This document shows, piece after piece, positions 1 through 9,557 of a DNA stretch of 64,000 bases (position 1 is the stretch's first letter; the number at the start of each line of letters is the position of its first letter). The DNA is taken from assembly GCA_965214705.1 (NCBI GenBank), contig OZ243972.1, positions 1,920,001-1,984,000 of the forward strand, written 5' to 3'. The notes below the pieces were generated by a model. It saw only the letters and a program-made list of their open reading frames with translations, was not told the origin of the DNA and did not search any database. The translations under genes were made by a program, and so were the position numbers. This DNA is from Alphaproteobacteria bacterium. GTDB lineage: Bacteria; Pseudomonadota; Alphaproteobacteria; UBA828.

Positions 1-105
1 CAATGGTGATGAGACGGATTGAGTGTTTGGGTTCTCTTGCCGTGGCCGGCCGCGAACCGCGATGTCGGCCGGCAGAGTCCCTAATCGTGTCGACGGGAAA
101 ATAAA

Positions 106-801
106 GTGACAGGCGAAACTCCGAACCCTTTGGCCTCAGAGTGCGGCTCGGTGACCGGTCTGTCCAAAGATGCGTTCAAGGTGGCACGCTATTTTCCGAC
201 GCTCATTTTTTCGGTGAAAGTTCCGGGCAGCGAGGTTCTGAACGCCCACCTGATCGAGGCGATCTACGCCGAACGAGAACGCGACAAATCAGGTGTGCGC
301 AAGTCCAACTTCCCGGAGCTGGGGGGGTGGCACAGCCACGTCAAGCTGCACAAGGACGGCACGTATGCGGGATTGGTGAAATGCGTCGATGAGGCCGGGG
401 CCATGATGTGCCGCGAGCTCGGATATCACAGGTCCTATAGACTGAGAATCGGCACCATGTGGTCGATCATCAATCCACCGGGGGGCTTGAACCGGGCCCA
501 TATCCATCCCGGCTGCATTTGGAGCGGCGTCTACTACGTCCAGGCACCCAAGAATTCGGGTCGAATCGAGTTCATCGATCCGCGCACCCAGAACCTGATG
601 AGTGCTGTCGAATACATCCCCAAAACCAAGCGCCCACGAATGTGCTGGACGAAGGTCCAATACAAACCGGTGGCCGGCACAATGCTGATCTTCCCCAGTT
701 GGCTGTACCATAGCGTGGATCCCAATCGATCCAAGGCAAAGGGGAAGGATGCCGATCGGATCATCGTGAGCTTCAACCTGTCTCAGGCGAGGCGGAGATA
801 G
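106..801 (+). CDS. Putative 2OG-Fe(II) oxygenase (TIGR02466/PF13759-like)
   Basis: Motifs HIHPGCIWSGVYYV, FPSWLYHSV and RIIVSFN; GGWHS near N-terminus; start codon uncertain. Confidence 0.8.
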   Translation: MTGETPNPLASECGSVTGLSKDAFKVARYFPTLIFSVKVPGSEVLNAHLIEAIYAERERDKSGVRKSNFPELGGWHSHVKLHKDGTYAGLVKCVDEAGAMMCRELGYHRSYRLRIGTMWSIINPPGGLNRAHIHPGCIWSGVYYVQAPKNSGRIEFIDPRTQNLMSAVEYIPKTKRPRMCWTKVQYKPVAGTMLIFPSWLYHSVDPNRSKAKGKDADRIIVSFNLSQARRR

Positions 802-914
802 CCTCGCACGCCAACTGAGGCAAAGCGACTAGGGCCTATTCACACCTTAGCGACCTGTCCGACTTTCCGGGGCCACCTCAGTTGGCGCCGTGTCCCAAAT
901 TATGGAGAGATCGA

Positions 915-1250
915 ATGGAGATCGCGCTCATATGGATCGTCGCTGCCCTGGTGGTTGCCTTCATGGCCTTTTCGTGGGGTCGGCGCTTCTGGGCGTGGTT
1001 CTTCTATGGTCTGCTGATTTGGCCTATCGCTCTCATCCATCTGCTTGTGGCGGGCCGCACTGAGAAAGGTAGGCGAATGAAGGCGATTGATGAGGGCCGC
1101 AGGCGCTGTCCGCATTGCGCCGAGTTCATCAGACTGGAAGCGCGCGTATGTCCATTTTGCCGCACGGAGTTGCACAAGAAAGCGCCGGACGCAGCCCAGG
1201 CAAGCCATGAAACGCGCCCTGTCCCCAAGCATCCCTGGGCCGCAGACTAG
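915..1250 (+). CDS. Small membrane protein with zinc ribbon
   Basis: Two hydrophobic segments, then CPHCAE..CPFC; GGAG upstream of ATG 915. Confidence 0.7.
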   Translation: MEIALIWIVAALVVAFMAFSWGRRFWAWFFYGLLIWPIALIHLLVAGRTEKGRRMKAIDEGRRRCPHCAEFIRLEARVCPFCRTELHKKAPDAAQASHETRPVPKHPWAAD

Positions 1251-1284
1251 GTCGTTGACTCGCTGGCTCACAACCAAATGTGAA

Positions 1285-1500
1285 CTATGTCGATTTCTCG
1301 GTCATAGCGAGATGGTCGGCGGCGAGCATTTCGTAGCGCGTTGCGATGCGTCGGAACTGTTTGAGTTTAGCCAACAAACGCTCGACCCGATTGCGCTGGC
1401 GATATAGATCGCGGCTGAAGGCATGGAGCGCGGTAGCGGTGCTGCGGTCCGGACTGAACGGTACGGCTTACTGCGTCTCGATCGTCGCTCTGATCAAGAC
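1285..1500 (-). pseudogene. IS5-family transposase C-terminal remnant
   Basis: Minus-strand translation LYRQRNRVERLLAKLKQFRRIATRYEMLA matches the IS5 (IS427-like) C-terminal signature; in-frame stop upstream and no N-terminus. Confidence 0.65.
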
Positions 1501-1520
1501 TTGCCCCACCCAGCGTGCCT

Positions 1521-2693
1521 TCATGACGATGCTGTTGCTGCCGACTCGCCGTCCGCCATTGCGGCCTCGATGGCCTTTCCAATGCGCTCGGCGGCGGCCT
1601 GCAGGTCGCGGTCGCCGACATGGGCGTATCGCAGGGTCATCACAGGGTCGGCGTGCCCGAGCATGCGCGCGACGGTGGACAGGGGAACGCCCCGGGCGAC
1701 GGCCTGGCTGGCAACGGTATGCCTGAGATCGTGCAGGCGGACGTCGTCGAGACCGGCTTCCTTCCGCGCCCGATGCCACAGGTGCAGTGTGGGTGAAAGC
1801 GGTTTGTCAGGATGCCACGGGGACGGGAACACGTAAGGACTTGTGGCACGCGGCTGGCGGGCGAGGATGGCCTGTGCGGCCTGGCTCAGCCAGACCGTTC
1901 GCGGTCCGGTCTTGGTGTTGGCGAGGTTGAGGCGGTCGCCGTCGACCTCCGACCAGCAGAGCTTCAGGATCTCGCCCCTCCTGCAGCCGGTGAGCAGGAG
2001 CAGCCGGATGATATCGGCCTGTTGCTGGCGGGAGGGCCATTCCGCGACCAGCCGATCGAGGACGCGGTGAAGCCTTTCGATCTCTTCGTCGGAGAGGAAC
2101 CGGGTGAGCTTCGGGCGGGGATTCTTGGCGATGCCCTTGACGGGAGCGGTGTCCACATGACCAGCAGCGGAGGCGGCGTTCATGATCTGGCCGAAGATCT
2201 CGAGCGCCTTGTTGGCTCCGCCCGGAGCGGTGCGGCTGTAGGCGTCGAACCACCGTTCGACGTCGATCCGCCGGATGGCGTCCAGCGGGAGGCGGCCGAA
2301 GGCGGGGATCAGCTGCCGTTCGAGCACACGATTGGCGAATCGGCAGGACGTCGGGGCGCAGCGGCGGCGGTAAGCCGGCAACCACTCGTCAAGGATGAAG
2401 TCGCGGAACAAGGGAGCGCCGGAACGTCCTTCCGCCTTGCGCGGGACGGTTCCCAGACGGAGTTCCAAGGCTTCCTTCCGGGCGTCCTCAACGGTCATGA
2501 GCGCGGCCGGGCCGACAGTTCTCCTGACCGGCTCCCCCTGGACGCGCCCGTGCCAGACGAAGCTGCGATGCCCGGACGGGCGCACTCGCACGCCAAGGCC
2601 GGGCACCTCGCTGTCCCAGACCGCGTATTCCGTCGTGCCCGGCTTCAACCTGCCGACGCCCGCGTCAGTCAGACGGACCCTCCGCCCCTTCAT
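1521..2693 (-). CDS. Tyrosine recombinase/integrase with N-terminal arm-binding (DUF4102-like) domain; second gene of the recipient element's pair
   Basis: WDSEVPGLGVRV arm domain; catalytic GCRRGE, TKTG, HDLRH, LGH, RYAH; ATGA overlap with the upstream integrase stop at 2690-2693. Confidence 0.92.
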   Translation of the reverse strand: MKGRRVRLTDAGVGRLKPGTTEYAVWDSEVPGLGVRVRPSGHRSFVWHGRVQGEPVRRTVGPAALMTVEDARKEALELRLGTVPRKAEGRSGAPLFRDFILDEWLPAYRRRCAPTSCRFANRVLERQLIPAFGRLPLDAIRRIDVERWFDAYSRTAPGGANKALEIFGQIMNAASAAGHVDTAPVKGIAKNPRPKLTRFLSDEEIERLHRVLDRLVAEWPSRQQQADIIRLLLLTGCRRGEILKLCWSEVDGDRLNLANTKTGPRTVWLSQAAQAILARQPRATSPYVFPSPWHPDKPLSPTLHLWHRARKEAGLDDVRLHDLRHTVASQAVARGVPLSTVARMLGHADPVMTLRYAHVGDRDLQAAAERIGKAIEAAMADGESAATASS

Positions 2694-3052
2694 GGCCGCC
2701 TCCCCGACAGGACGGGAGACAGGGTCTCGACCGCTTCGCGGACCGTGGCGTCGGACAGGTGGGCGTATTTCAGGGTGGTCGATGCGTTCTCATGACCGAG
2801 CAGGCGGCCGACGGTGCGCACGCTCTCGCCGCAGAGCAGCGCCATGCTGGCGTACGAATGCCTGGTGTCGTGCAGGCGAACGTCCTGCAGCCCGGCTTCC
2901 TCCCTCACGCCATGCCAGAAGTGATCCAGCCACTGCCAGGGGGTGCGCAGACCGGCGACCGGGAAGACGAACCCGGACGACCGGGGCAGGCTGTCGAGGA
3001 CGCCGCGCGCCGCCGCACACAGCCAGACCGTGCGCGGGCCGGTTTTGCTGTC
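2690..3052 (-). pseudogene. 3' half of a tyrosine integrase interrupted by the ICE
   Basis: Open frame from 3052: DSKTGPRTVWLC...HDTRHSYAS...LGHENASTTLKYAH; no N-terminal half adjacent; continues the frame of 63309->64000. Confidence 0.9.
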
Positions 3053-3058
3053 GGTAAG
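3038..3058 (-). other. Left attachment junction (core GACAG 3052-3048)
   Basis: Minus strand CTT ACC GAC AGC AAA ACC GGC, versus right junction CTG ACG GAC AGA AAG ACA GGG. Confidence 0.85.
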
Positions 3059-3119
3059 AACCGCTATCCATCTAACTCACCTAAATACAACAATTATTCT
3101 CTTTCCTGACCTGATCCGA

Positions 3120-3169
3120 GATCAAACCGAAAGCGGATTCAATAGTATTGCAGCGCGCCAGAGCGTATC
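3120..3169 (+). promoter_or_regulatory. Putative integrase arm-type binding sites, left end
   Basis: GATCAAACCG followed by GCGGATTC/AGTATTG/GCGTATC; the same motifs occur in direct orientation at 63130-63180. Confidence 0.5.
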
Positions 3170-3175
3170 TGCCCG

Positions 3176-3493
3176 TCACGCGACCGCCCCAAGACCGTTC
3201 TTGGCGACCAGTGTCAGCAGCTTGAGCGAGGTGCCCCGGGGGCGCTTCTCGCCGCGCTCCCACTGGCTCACCAGACCCGTCGTCACGTTGAGGTAGCGCG
3301 CGAACACCGCCTGGCTCGCATGCTCGCGCAGCCGAAGCTCGCGAATGTCCTCCGGCGTCATCTCCTTGACGGGCGTGAGGCACATCTCGTCGAACTTCCG
3401 CATGGTCCGTTTCGACATCAGGCCCGCCTCGGCCAGGCCGAGCGCCGCCTCGTGCGCAGCCGCGAGCGCCTCACTCTTGTATTGCTTGGTCAT
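3176..3493 (-). CDS. HigA-like XRE/HTH antitoxin
   Basis: SQAVFARYLNVTTGLVSQWERGEKRPRG HTH; overlaps the 3' end of the toxin gene. Confidence 0.85.
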   Translation of the reverse strand: MTKQYKSEALAAAHEAALGLAEAGLMSKRTMRKFDEMCLTPVKEMTPEDIRELRLREHASQAVFARYLNVTTGLVSQWERGEKRPRGTSLKLLTLVAKNGLGAVA

Positions 3494-3878
3494 CGCATTC
3501 CACCTCGATTATCGATCCAGTCGCCTGCGCGGCCGCCAGGCCCTTCCTGTCCAGCGCCAGATACCCGTCGGCCAACAGCCTGTAGGTCTCGAGCTCGTCC
3601 CGGCGCAGGTTCTCGCGGTCGCTCTTGGCGAAACCGTAGACGAAGAACGCCAGCGCGCCCCGGCGGAACAGCACGATCGTGCGGAACCCGCCGGACCGGC
3701 CGCCTCCCTTGCGGGCGATGCGCTGCTTGATGACGCCGCCGCCGAGGTCGGCGTCGATCAGCCCTTCCCCGGCGCGCCGGACGGCCTCGCACAAGGCTGT
3801 ATCCTCCAGCCCTTCGCGGTCGGCGAAACGGGCGAAGGCCTTGGTCTTGAACGTCTGCAACCCGACCCTCGCGCGCAT
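3471..3878 (-). CDS. RelE/HigB-family toxin (toxin-first type II TA)
   Basis: FKTKAFARFA..DADLGGGVIKQRIARKGGGRSGGFRTI..FVYGFAKS; true start may be TTG 3860. Confidence 0.85.
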   Translation of the reverse strand: MRARVGLQTFKTKAFARFADREGLEDTALCEAVRRAGEGLIDADLGGGVIKQRIARKGGGRSGGFRTIVLFRRGALAFFVYGFAKSDRENLRRDELETYRLLADGYLALDRKGLAAAQATGSIIEVECDDQAIQE

Positions 3879-4088
3879 CCGCCTTCATGGCTCCTTTTAT
3901 GATACCCGGTGTGGCTTTTCAACTCGCGCCGTGCCCCTGCCCGCTACGCAGCCATCCTGCCGTCGTCTCCACCTGCGCGCCTCTCGCCGGCAGGAGAAGA
4001 GGCTTGGCCGTGAGCGGGGCGGCGGTCGGCGCTTCGGAGGGCGGGGCGCTGCCGCCGATTTCCACCACGGCACGATGGAGACGGCATC

Positions 4089-4415
4089 ATGAGCGCAGCG
4101 ATCGCATTGCCCGGCAACACGGCGGCGACCTTTCTCACCCATTTCTTCGGACCCGGCCTGGCCGACGATCGCTATGCGGTCGAGAAGTTCCGGGCGATGG
4201 CGGACGGCGAGATTCGGCGCTGCCCCGATCCGGCGCCGAAGGGTGGCAGGAACCGCAGGGCGAAGGTCTTCACCGCCACGCTGAAGGCGGTCAAGGAGAT
4301 GCGGCCCGCTCCCAACGAGATCATCGTCTGCACCGGCCTCAAGAGCCGCGGCGGGGTCCAGTACTGGGGAAGCGTATCGACGTCCTTGTTCTGCGACCGC
4401 CGCCAGAAGGGCTGA
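4089..4415 (+). CDS. Hypothetical protein
   Basis: GGAG RBS, GC3-rich codon usage, co-oriented with neighbours. Confidence 0.55.
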   Translation: MSAAIALPGNTAATFLTHFFGPGLADDRYAVEKFRAMADGEIRRCPDPAPKGGRNRRAKVFTATLKAVKEMRPAPNEIIVCTGLKSRGGVQYWGSVSTSLFCDRRQKG

Positions 4416-4526
4416 CCCCTTCCTCCCTGGGACGTCCAGCCGGCCCGCCGTCCCCGGTTCGGGGGCATGGGCAGCCGGCCGGACGTCCTCCGTCCCGAAT
4501 TCCACATCGGCAGGGAGAGCGCCGTC

Positions 4527-5792
4527 ATGGCATACAAGGATGTCAGCGTTAGACGCGAGCGCGACCTGGAACGCTACCACCGGCGGACCGAAGCTCGCCG
4601 GGCGGCCGGCCTTTGTCTCAAATGCGGCCGGACCGAGCCCGAACCCGAGCGCACGCTCTGTGCGCCCTGCGCCGAGAAGCGCAACGCCGCCGACCGCACC
4701 CGGTCCGCCAGGCTGCGCGCCGAGGGAAAACCGAGGCGTGATCCGGCCAGGGCAAAGCAGTACGAACGCGAGCGCGGACGCCGGCTGCACATCGAGAGGA
4801 AGGCCGCCGGCATCTGCACGAAGTGCGGCCGCGCCCCGGCACGCCCGGACCGGACGACCTGCGAGCCCTGCGCGGAGCAGCATCGCGCGCGCGACCGCGC
4901 CCGTCATGCCCGCGCCAGGGCCCGGGGCCTGGCCTATGGCGGCCGCGATCCGGAAGCCAAGCGGCGGGCCGGCCGGAAGCGCAGCCGCCGGCGCGCCGAA
5001 GCCCGCCGGGCCGCCGGCATCTGTATCCGCTGCGGACATGCCCCGCCCGCGGAGGGCCGGTCCATGTGCGAGCCGTGCCGCGAGGACCGGCGGGCCGCGA
5101 AACGCGCGCGCCATGCCGAACGCCGCGCCGCCGGATTGTGCGTGAAATGTTCAACGCCCACGCCCGGCGGGAAGGCCTATTGCGCTCCCTGCGGCGAGGC
5201 CCGGAACAAGCGGCGGAAGCGCAACCCGGAAGCCAGACGGGAGGCCGACCGGCGGCGCTATGTCGAGCGGCGCGCCAGGGGCGATTGCACCACCTGCGGA
5301 AAGCCCGCCAACGGGGCGGCCGAGTGCCGCGCCTGCTGCGACGCCGCCCGCGAGCGCTACCACGCCCGCCGCGCCGCCGGGGTCTGCGTCAAGTGCAAGA
5401 CCCCGGCATTCGGCGGCACGGCCTATTGCGCGCCCTGCGCCGTCGCCAAGAACGAGCGCCGAGACCGCGAGGCGGAGTATGTCGAGCGGCGCCGGCGCTA
5501 TGCCGACAGGCGCGCCAGGGGCCGATGCGTCGAGTGCGATGCGCCGTCGCCCGGGGTGGCGCGCTGCGAGCCCTGTTCGATCAGGCACCGTGAAGGATCG
5601 GGGGCGTTTCGCGGCATCCCGGTCCATGAGCCGCAATACACGGTCGTCGAACTCGAGACGGGAATCGAGCACGGCACTTATGACAGCATGGCCGACGTCG
5701 TCCTCTGCCTCGCCTTCGCCAAGCTGTCCGCGGAGCAGGTCGAGGTGATCCGCGACGCCCCGATCACCGGCAGCTTCACGGCCTGGGCGTGA
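4527..5792 (+). CDS. Arg-rich protein with seven CxxC..CxxC zinc-finger modules
   Basis: CLKC/CAPC, CTKC/CEPC, CIRC/CEPC, CVKC/CAPC, CTTC/CRAC, CVKC/CAPC, CVEC/CEPC, separated by basic helices; GGAGAG RBS. Confidence 0.8.
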   Translation: MAYKDVSVRRERDLERYHRRTEARRAAGLCLKCGRTEPEPERTLCAPCAEKRNAADRTRSARLRAEGKPRRDPARAKQYERERGRRLHIERKAAGICTKCGRAPARPDRTTCEPCAEQHRARDRARHARARARGLAYGGRDPEAKRRAGRKRSRRRAEARRAAGICIRCGHAPPAEGRSMCEPCREDRRAAKRARHAERRAAGLCVKCSTPTPGGKAYCAPCGEARNKRRKRNPEARREADRRRYVERRARGDCTTCGKPANGAAECRACCDAARERYHARRAAGVCVKCKTPAFGGTAYCAPCAVAKNERRDREAEYVERRRRYADRRARGRCVECDAPSPGVARCEPCSIRHREGSGAFRGIPVHEPQYTVVELETGIEHGTYDSMADVVLCLAFAKLSAEQVEVIRDAPITGSFTAWA

Positions 5793-5919
5793 ACGATGTT
5801 CAATCGGGCGGGGCCGGTCCGCCGCCGTCGCCCGGTACGTACTGCCGGCCCGGCGTCCGCCGATACATATAGCCGGCGGGCGGGCGGACCGTCCCGGCGG
5901 CCCACAGGGAGACGAGCAC

Positions 5920-6150
5920 ATGAGCAACGCCACGATGCCCGACAATCCCGTCTACGCCTTCGTGCCCGTCGAGGACCCCGACACGGGGTTCCAGCAGATC
6001 CGCATCGTCGTCGACGGGATGGACGTGGCCATCGGCACGTCGCTGATCGTTCTGGGCATCGACGAGGCGATGGAAATCGCGGACAGGCTGAACCGGCCGC
6101 TCGGCTGGACACGGGAGAGCTGGACCGCCTTCGCCGCTGAGCGCCTGTAG
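5920..6150 (+). CDS. Hypothetical protein
   Basis: GGAG RBS, plausible globular 76-aa sequence. Confidence 0.6.
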   Translation: MSNATMPDNPVYAFVPVEDPDTGFQQIRIVVDGMDVAIGTSLIVLGIDEAMEIADRLNRPLGWTRESWTAFAAERL

Positions 6151-6357
6151 CGCCGGGCCGGCGGCGGGGGCAGGCCATGCGGCCCACGGTCCGCCCATTC
6201 CGGCAGCACCGCCGCTCCGCGCATGCGGCGGGCGAATGCGTCCCGCGTGGCGTCCCCTTCGCGGAGTTGGAGAAGAGCGCGCTTCGGGCGATCGCCCGGA
6301 GAGCGGAGGGAGCGGTTTCCCTCGCCGGCGCCGGGCAGGCCAAGGGAGGCTCCGGCC

Positions 6358-6612
6358 ATGTTCGACCCCGATACCCATTTCGACGTCCCCACCGGCGACC
6401 TGCTCGCCGAGATCGGCATCGACCCCGCCGCCGCGAGCGAAGTCATCGCGGAAAACCGCGCCAGCCGCTGTCCCGGCAGGGAGCAGGTGCGGCCCGACCC
6501 GGGGACCGCGTTCCTCGACGTGGTCATGCCGCTCGACGGTGCCCTGCGCGGGGCGGCGCCGACGGATATCCCGGTCCCGCTCCCGTCGCGCCGGCAGGCC
6601 GATTGGAGGTGA
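6358..6612 (+). CDS. Hypothetical protein
   Basis: GGAGG RBS before ATG 6358 (MFDPDTHFDVP). Confidence 0.5.
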   Translation: MFDPDTHFDVPTGDLLAEIGIDPAAASEVIAENRASRCPGREQVRPDPGTAFLDVVMPLDGALRGAAPTDIPVPLPSRRQADWR

Positions 6613-6716
6613 AGGGAAGCCTGGAGAAGTTGAACGGCGGGGGGCCGGGGGGAGATCGACCCGGCCTCCGTCGTTCGCAACCCATCGTCATGAACGAGAA
6701 CTGAAGGAGCATCGTC

Positions 6717-7196
6717 ATGAGCTTCGGCATGAACCGCGTGGAATTGATCGGCCGCCTGGGCGCCGACGTCACCGTCAACCACCTGATGAGCGGCGGCCGT
6801 GTCGCCAATCTCAGCATCGCCACCGACGAATCGTTCATCGACAAGACCGGCAACCGGGTCGACAAGACGGAGTGGCATCGCGTCGTCACCTTCCAGGACG
6901 GCCTGATCGACATGCTGGTGCGGCACGCGAAGAAGGGCCGCCTGGTCCACGCCGAGGGCAAGTTGCAGACCCGGCGGTGGAAGAAGGACGGCGAGGACTC
7001 GGACCGCTTCTCGACCGAGATCCTGATCGTGCCCGGTCACAAGATCCAGTTTCTGGACAAGCCGAACGGGGCCAGCGGCAACGGCGCGCAGGCCGCGGCG
7101 GAGCCCGCGCAGGCGCCCGCGAGCGGCGAGGCGATGCCGGCGGGCGCCCCGGCGCAGGCTGGCAGCCTGGACCCGGACAGCGACCTCCCGTTCTGA
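6717..7196 (+). CDS. ssb: Single-stranded DNA-binding protein
   Basis: MNRVELIGRLGAD..TEWHRVV..EGKLQTRRW; acidic C-terminal tip DSDLPF. Confidence 0.93.
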   Translation: MSFGMNRVELIGRLGADVTVNHLMSGGRVANLSIATDESFIDKTGNRVDKTEWHRVVTFQDGLIDMLVRHAKKGRLVHAEGKLQTRRWKKDGEDSDRFSTEILIVPGHKIQFLDKPNGASGNGAQAAAEPAQAPASGEAMPAGAPAQAGSLDPDSDLPF

Positions 7197-7220
7197 ATCG
7201 TCAACTGTCTCTCCTCGCCT

Positions 7221-7253
7221 CGGGGGCGGTGCTTCGGCGCCGTCCCCGTTTTT
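7221..7253 (+). terminator. Rho-independent terminator after ssb
   Basis: CGGGGGCGGTGC-TTCG-GCGCCGTCCCCG followed by TTTTT. Confidence 0.7.
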
Positions 7254-7403
7254 CGTGCAGCGGGTCCGGAGACCGAACCCCCGATCACGCAGGCCGCGCC
7301 GGGCGGCCCGGTCACGGAGTGGAGGAAAGCCAAGAGTGGGCGAACGCCGCGAGGAGGGAGGGAGAGGCCCCTGCCTCGCGCGGCATCGGACAGGGAGCAC
7401 CAC

Positions 7404-7631
7404 ATGACCGACATCGCCTTCAAGCGCATCACGCCGGAAGAGTCCCGCGTCTATTTCGACGGCGACCTCGTCGGCGAGGTCCATCGCCAGGACGACATCC
7501 TGAACCCGGGATCGCACTTCTACGTTGCGCATCTGTCGGAGGACCCCCGCGGCCCGGTGCGCATCCATAAGCGCTCGCGCATACGCGAGGTGGTCACGCG
7601 GCTCGTCGTCACCCATCCTCTGTGGAACTGA
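7404..7631 (+). CDS. Hypothetical protein
   Basis: GGAG RBS, 75 aa, GC3-rich codon usage. Confidence 0.6.
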   Translation: MTDIAFKRITPEESRVYFDGDLVGEVHRQDDILNPGSHFYVAHLSEDPRGPVRIHKRSRIREVVTRLVVTHPLWN

Positions 7632-7817
7632 TCCGCGATGGCAGGCGCGGTCAGCCGGGTCGCGCGGTCCACGCGCCGCTTGCCTACGCCGTGCCCGCCG
7701 CGAGGCCGTGGGGCGGTGCGGGTGGAGAGAATGGGCGGGGCGACGTGATCTCCCATTGTGACCCACGTGCTCGCGCAAGCAACCCTGCGGGTCCTCCGGT
7801 CGCTCCGCTCCCTGCGG

Positions 7818-7939
7818 CCTGGGCAAGAAGCTCTAGGGGCGGACCGTGAAAGTCGCCGACCGTGAAGATCGCGGAGCGATCTTCCGCACCACTCGACGAC
7901 TTTCCGCACCACTCCGCCCCAAGAGCTTCTAAGCCCAGG
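7818..7939. promoter_or_regulatory. Long stem-loop (candidate ssDNA promoter or ssi, Frpo-like)
   Basis: CCTGGGCAAGAAGCTCTAGGGGCGGA pairs with TCCGCCCCAAGAGCTTCTAAGCCCAGG; nested stems AAAGTCG/CGACTTT and GAAGATCGC/GCGATCTTC. Confidence 0.5.
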
Positions 7940-8025
7940 TGCTTCCGCTGCGCGCGCGGTTCCCAACAGGACATCACGTCGGGGCACACGCTCCGATCCG
8001 TGCAACTTCAGATCGGGAGAGCGTC

Positions 8026-8955
8026 ATGACCACCATCGAGAACATCGACACCATCGAAGCGCGGGACGCGTCCATCACCGCCACTGTCTGCGACAACGCA
8101 GCGCTCTACGGCGCGGCTCCCGAGCGCGACGAGTTCGACACCCGCGAGGTCTGGGACGAGGACGACGCCATCGAGGCCGTCCTCGAATCCTTCCGCATCC
8201 TCAGCCAGGGCGTCGGGCCCGACGGCTTCCAGCTCGCCGACGAGCGCGAGAGCCTGCTCTGGGGCTTCGTCAACATGCTCGACAGCCAGACCAAGAGGCT
8301 CGACCGTGCCGCCGACAAGCTGACGCCGCAGCTGCGCGACCTCCAGCGCGACCAGGACGGCACCGAGATCAAGTCGCTCGAACTCGAACTCCTCACCAGC
8401 CGCGCGCACAACCTCGGCGACCGCCGCGACGCCTTCGAGCGTATGCGCGACGAGGCCGCCGACGCCTATCGCGCAGACACCGGCAGCGTGTGGCGGCCGC
8501 GCCGGGGATCGCACACCAGCCAGACCGGCAGGCTCACCTCCGCCGCCATCGACGCCCGCGACTTCATGCGCGCGAGGAAGGACCGAAAGACCATGGCGCA
8601 TCTGCCGCAGGGAACGCTGGTCGCCATCGCCGGCGGCAAGGACGTTGCCGACCCGGCGGCGGTGATCGCCAAGCTCGACCAGGCCCGCGCCAAGTACAGC
8701 GACATCGTCATCGTGCATGGCGGCGGCCCCGGCGTCGAGAAGATCGCCGCAAGCTGGGCCGAGCGCAACGGCGTCCACCAGATCGTCTGCAAGCCCGACT
8801 GGGACCGCCACGGACGCGCCGCACCGTTCCGCCGCAACGAGGAACTGCTCAACCTCCTGCCCAAGGGCGTCATCGCGTTCCCCGGCAGCGGCATCACCGA
8901 GAACCTCGTCGACCGCGCGCGGCAGCTCGGTATCCCGGTCCTCAAGGCGGCCTAG
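8026..8955 (+). CDS. DUF2493 / SLOG (YspA-like) domain protein
   Basis: C-terminal VAIAGG..IVHGGGPGVEKIAASWA..HGRAAPFRRN..AFPGSG; family common on alphaproteobacterial conjugative elements. Confidence 0.85.
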   Translation: MTTIENIDTIEARDASITATVCDNAALYGAAPERDEFDTREVWDEDDAIEAVLESFRILSQGVGPDGFQLADERESLLWGFVNMLDSQTKRLDRAADKLTPQLRDLQRDQDGTEIKSLELELLTSRAHNLGDRRDAFERMRDEAADAYRADTGSVWRPRRGSHTSQTGRLTSAAIDARDFMRARKDRKTMAHLPQGTLVAIAGGKDVADPAAVIAKLDQARAKYSDIVIVHGGGPGVEKIAASWAERNGVHQIVCKPDWDRHGRAAPFRRNEELLNLLPKGVIAFPGSGITENLVDRARQLGIPVLKAA

Positions 8956-9497
8956 ACCGCAACGCATCGCGGGCCGCGTCGTCTTCCCGGCATCGGGACG
9001 GCGGCGCGGCTCGTTCTCTTCGCACCGACCGTCTCGCGTCTGTACCGACCACCGCGCGCGCGCTTCGCGCGGCGCTCAATGCGCAGCCTGCCCCGGACTG
9101 CGATCCGGGGTCTCGCTTCGCTCGCTGTCGGCGCTGCGTTTCGCGTCCATGTCACGCGCTGCCGCACCGCTCGGCACGGTGCTTCGCACCGGTGCCCTCG
9201 CTCGCGAAGGCCGGATCGCCCGCATCAATCGCCGCGGCGGCTCCGAACCTCATCGCTCGGCGACGAAGATTCCCACATTGCTCATGCTGCACGAATTGAC
9301 CGCTCCTACCGCCGGAGCGGTCTGGTTCGTACACCCGACGCATCACGATGCAGGGGGTGCCGGAGCTGCGACTGCCTGCGAGGAGCTGCGACCGGCTACC
9401 ATAAATCGTAGCCGAGTGTATCTCTCGCGTGCCGGGAAAAGACGGCACGAATCGCGACCAGGGGGCAGCGAACCGTAACGCGCAGATAGTGTTTCAT

Positions 9498-9557
9498 TAT
9501 CAACAGGTTAGAGACGGCACCGTAACACTGGACACCGCCCGAGTTTCCGCGCGGTGT
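9498..9557. other. Candidate oriT region
   Basis: Exact IHF consensus TATCAACAGGTTA (9498-9510) next to inverted repeat ACACCGC..GCGGTGT (9532-9557) containing MOBF-like GGTGT; long non-coding stretch upstream of an RHH-like gene. Confidence 0.4.
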
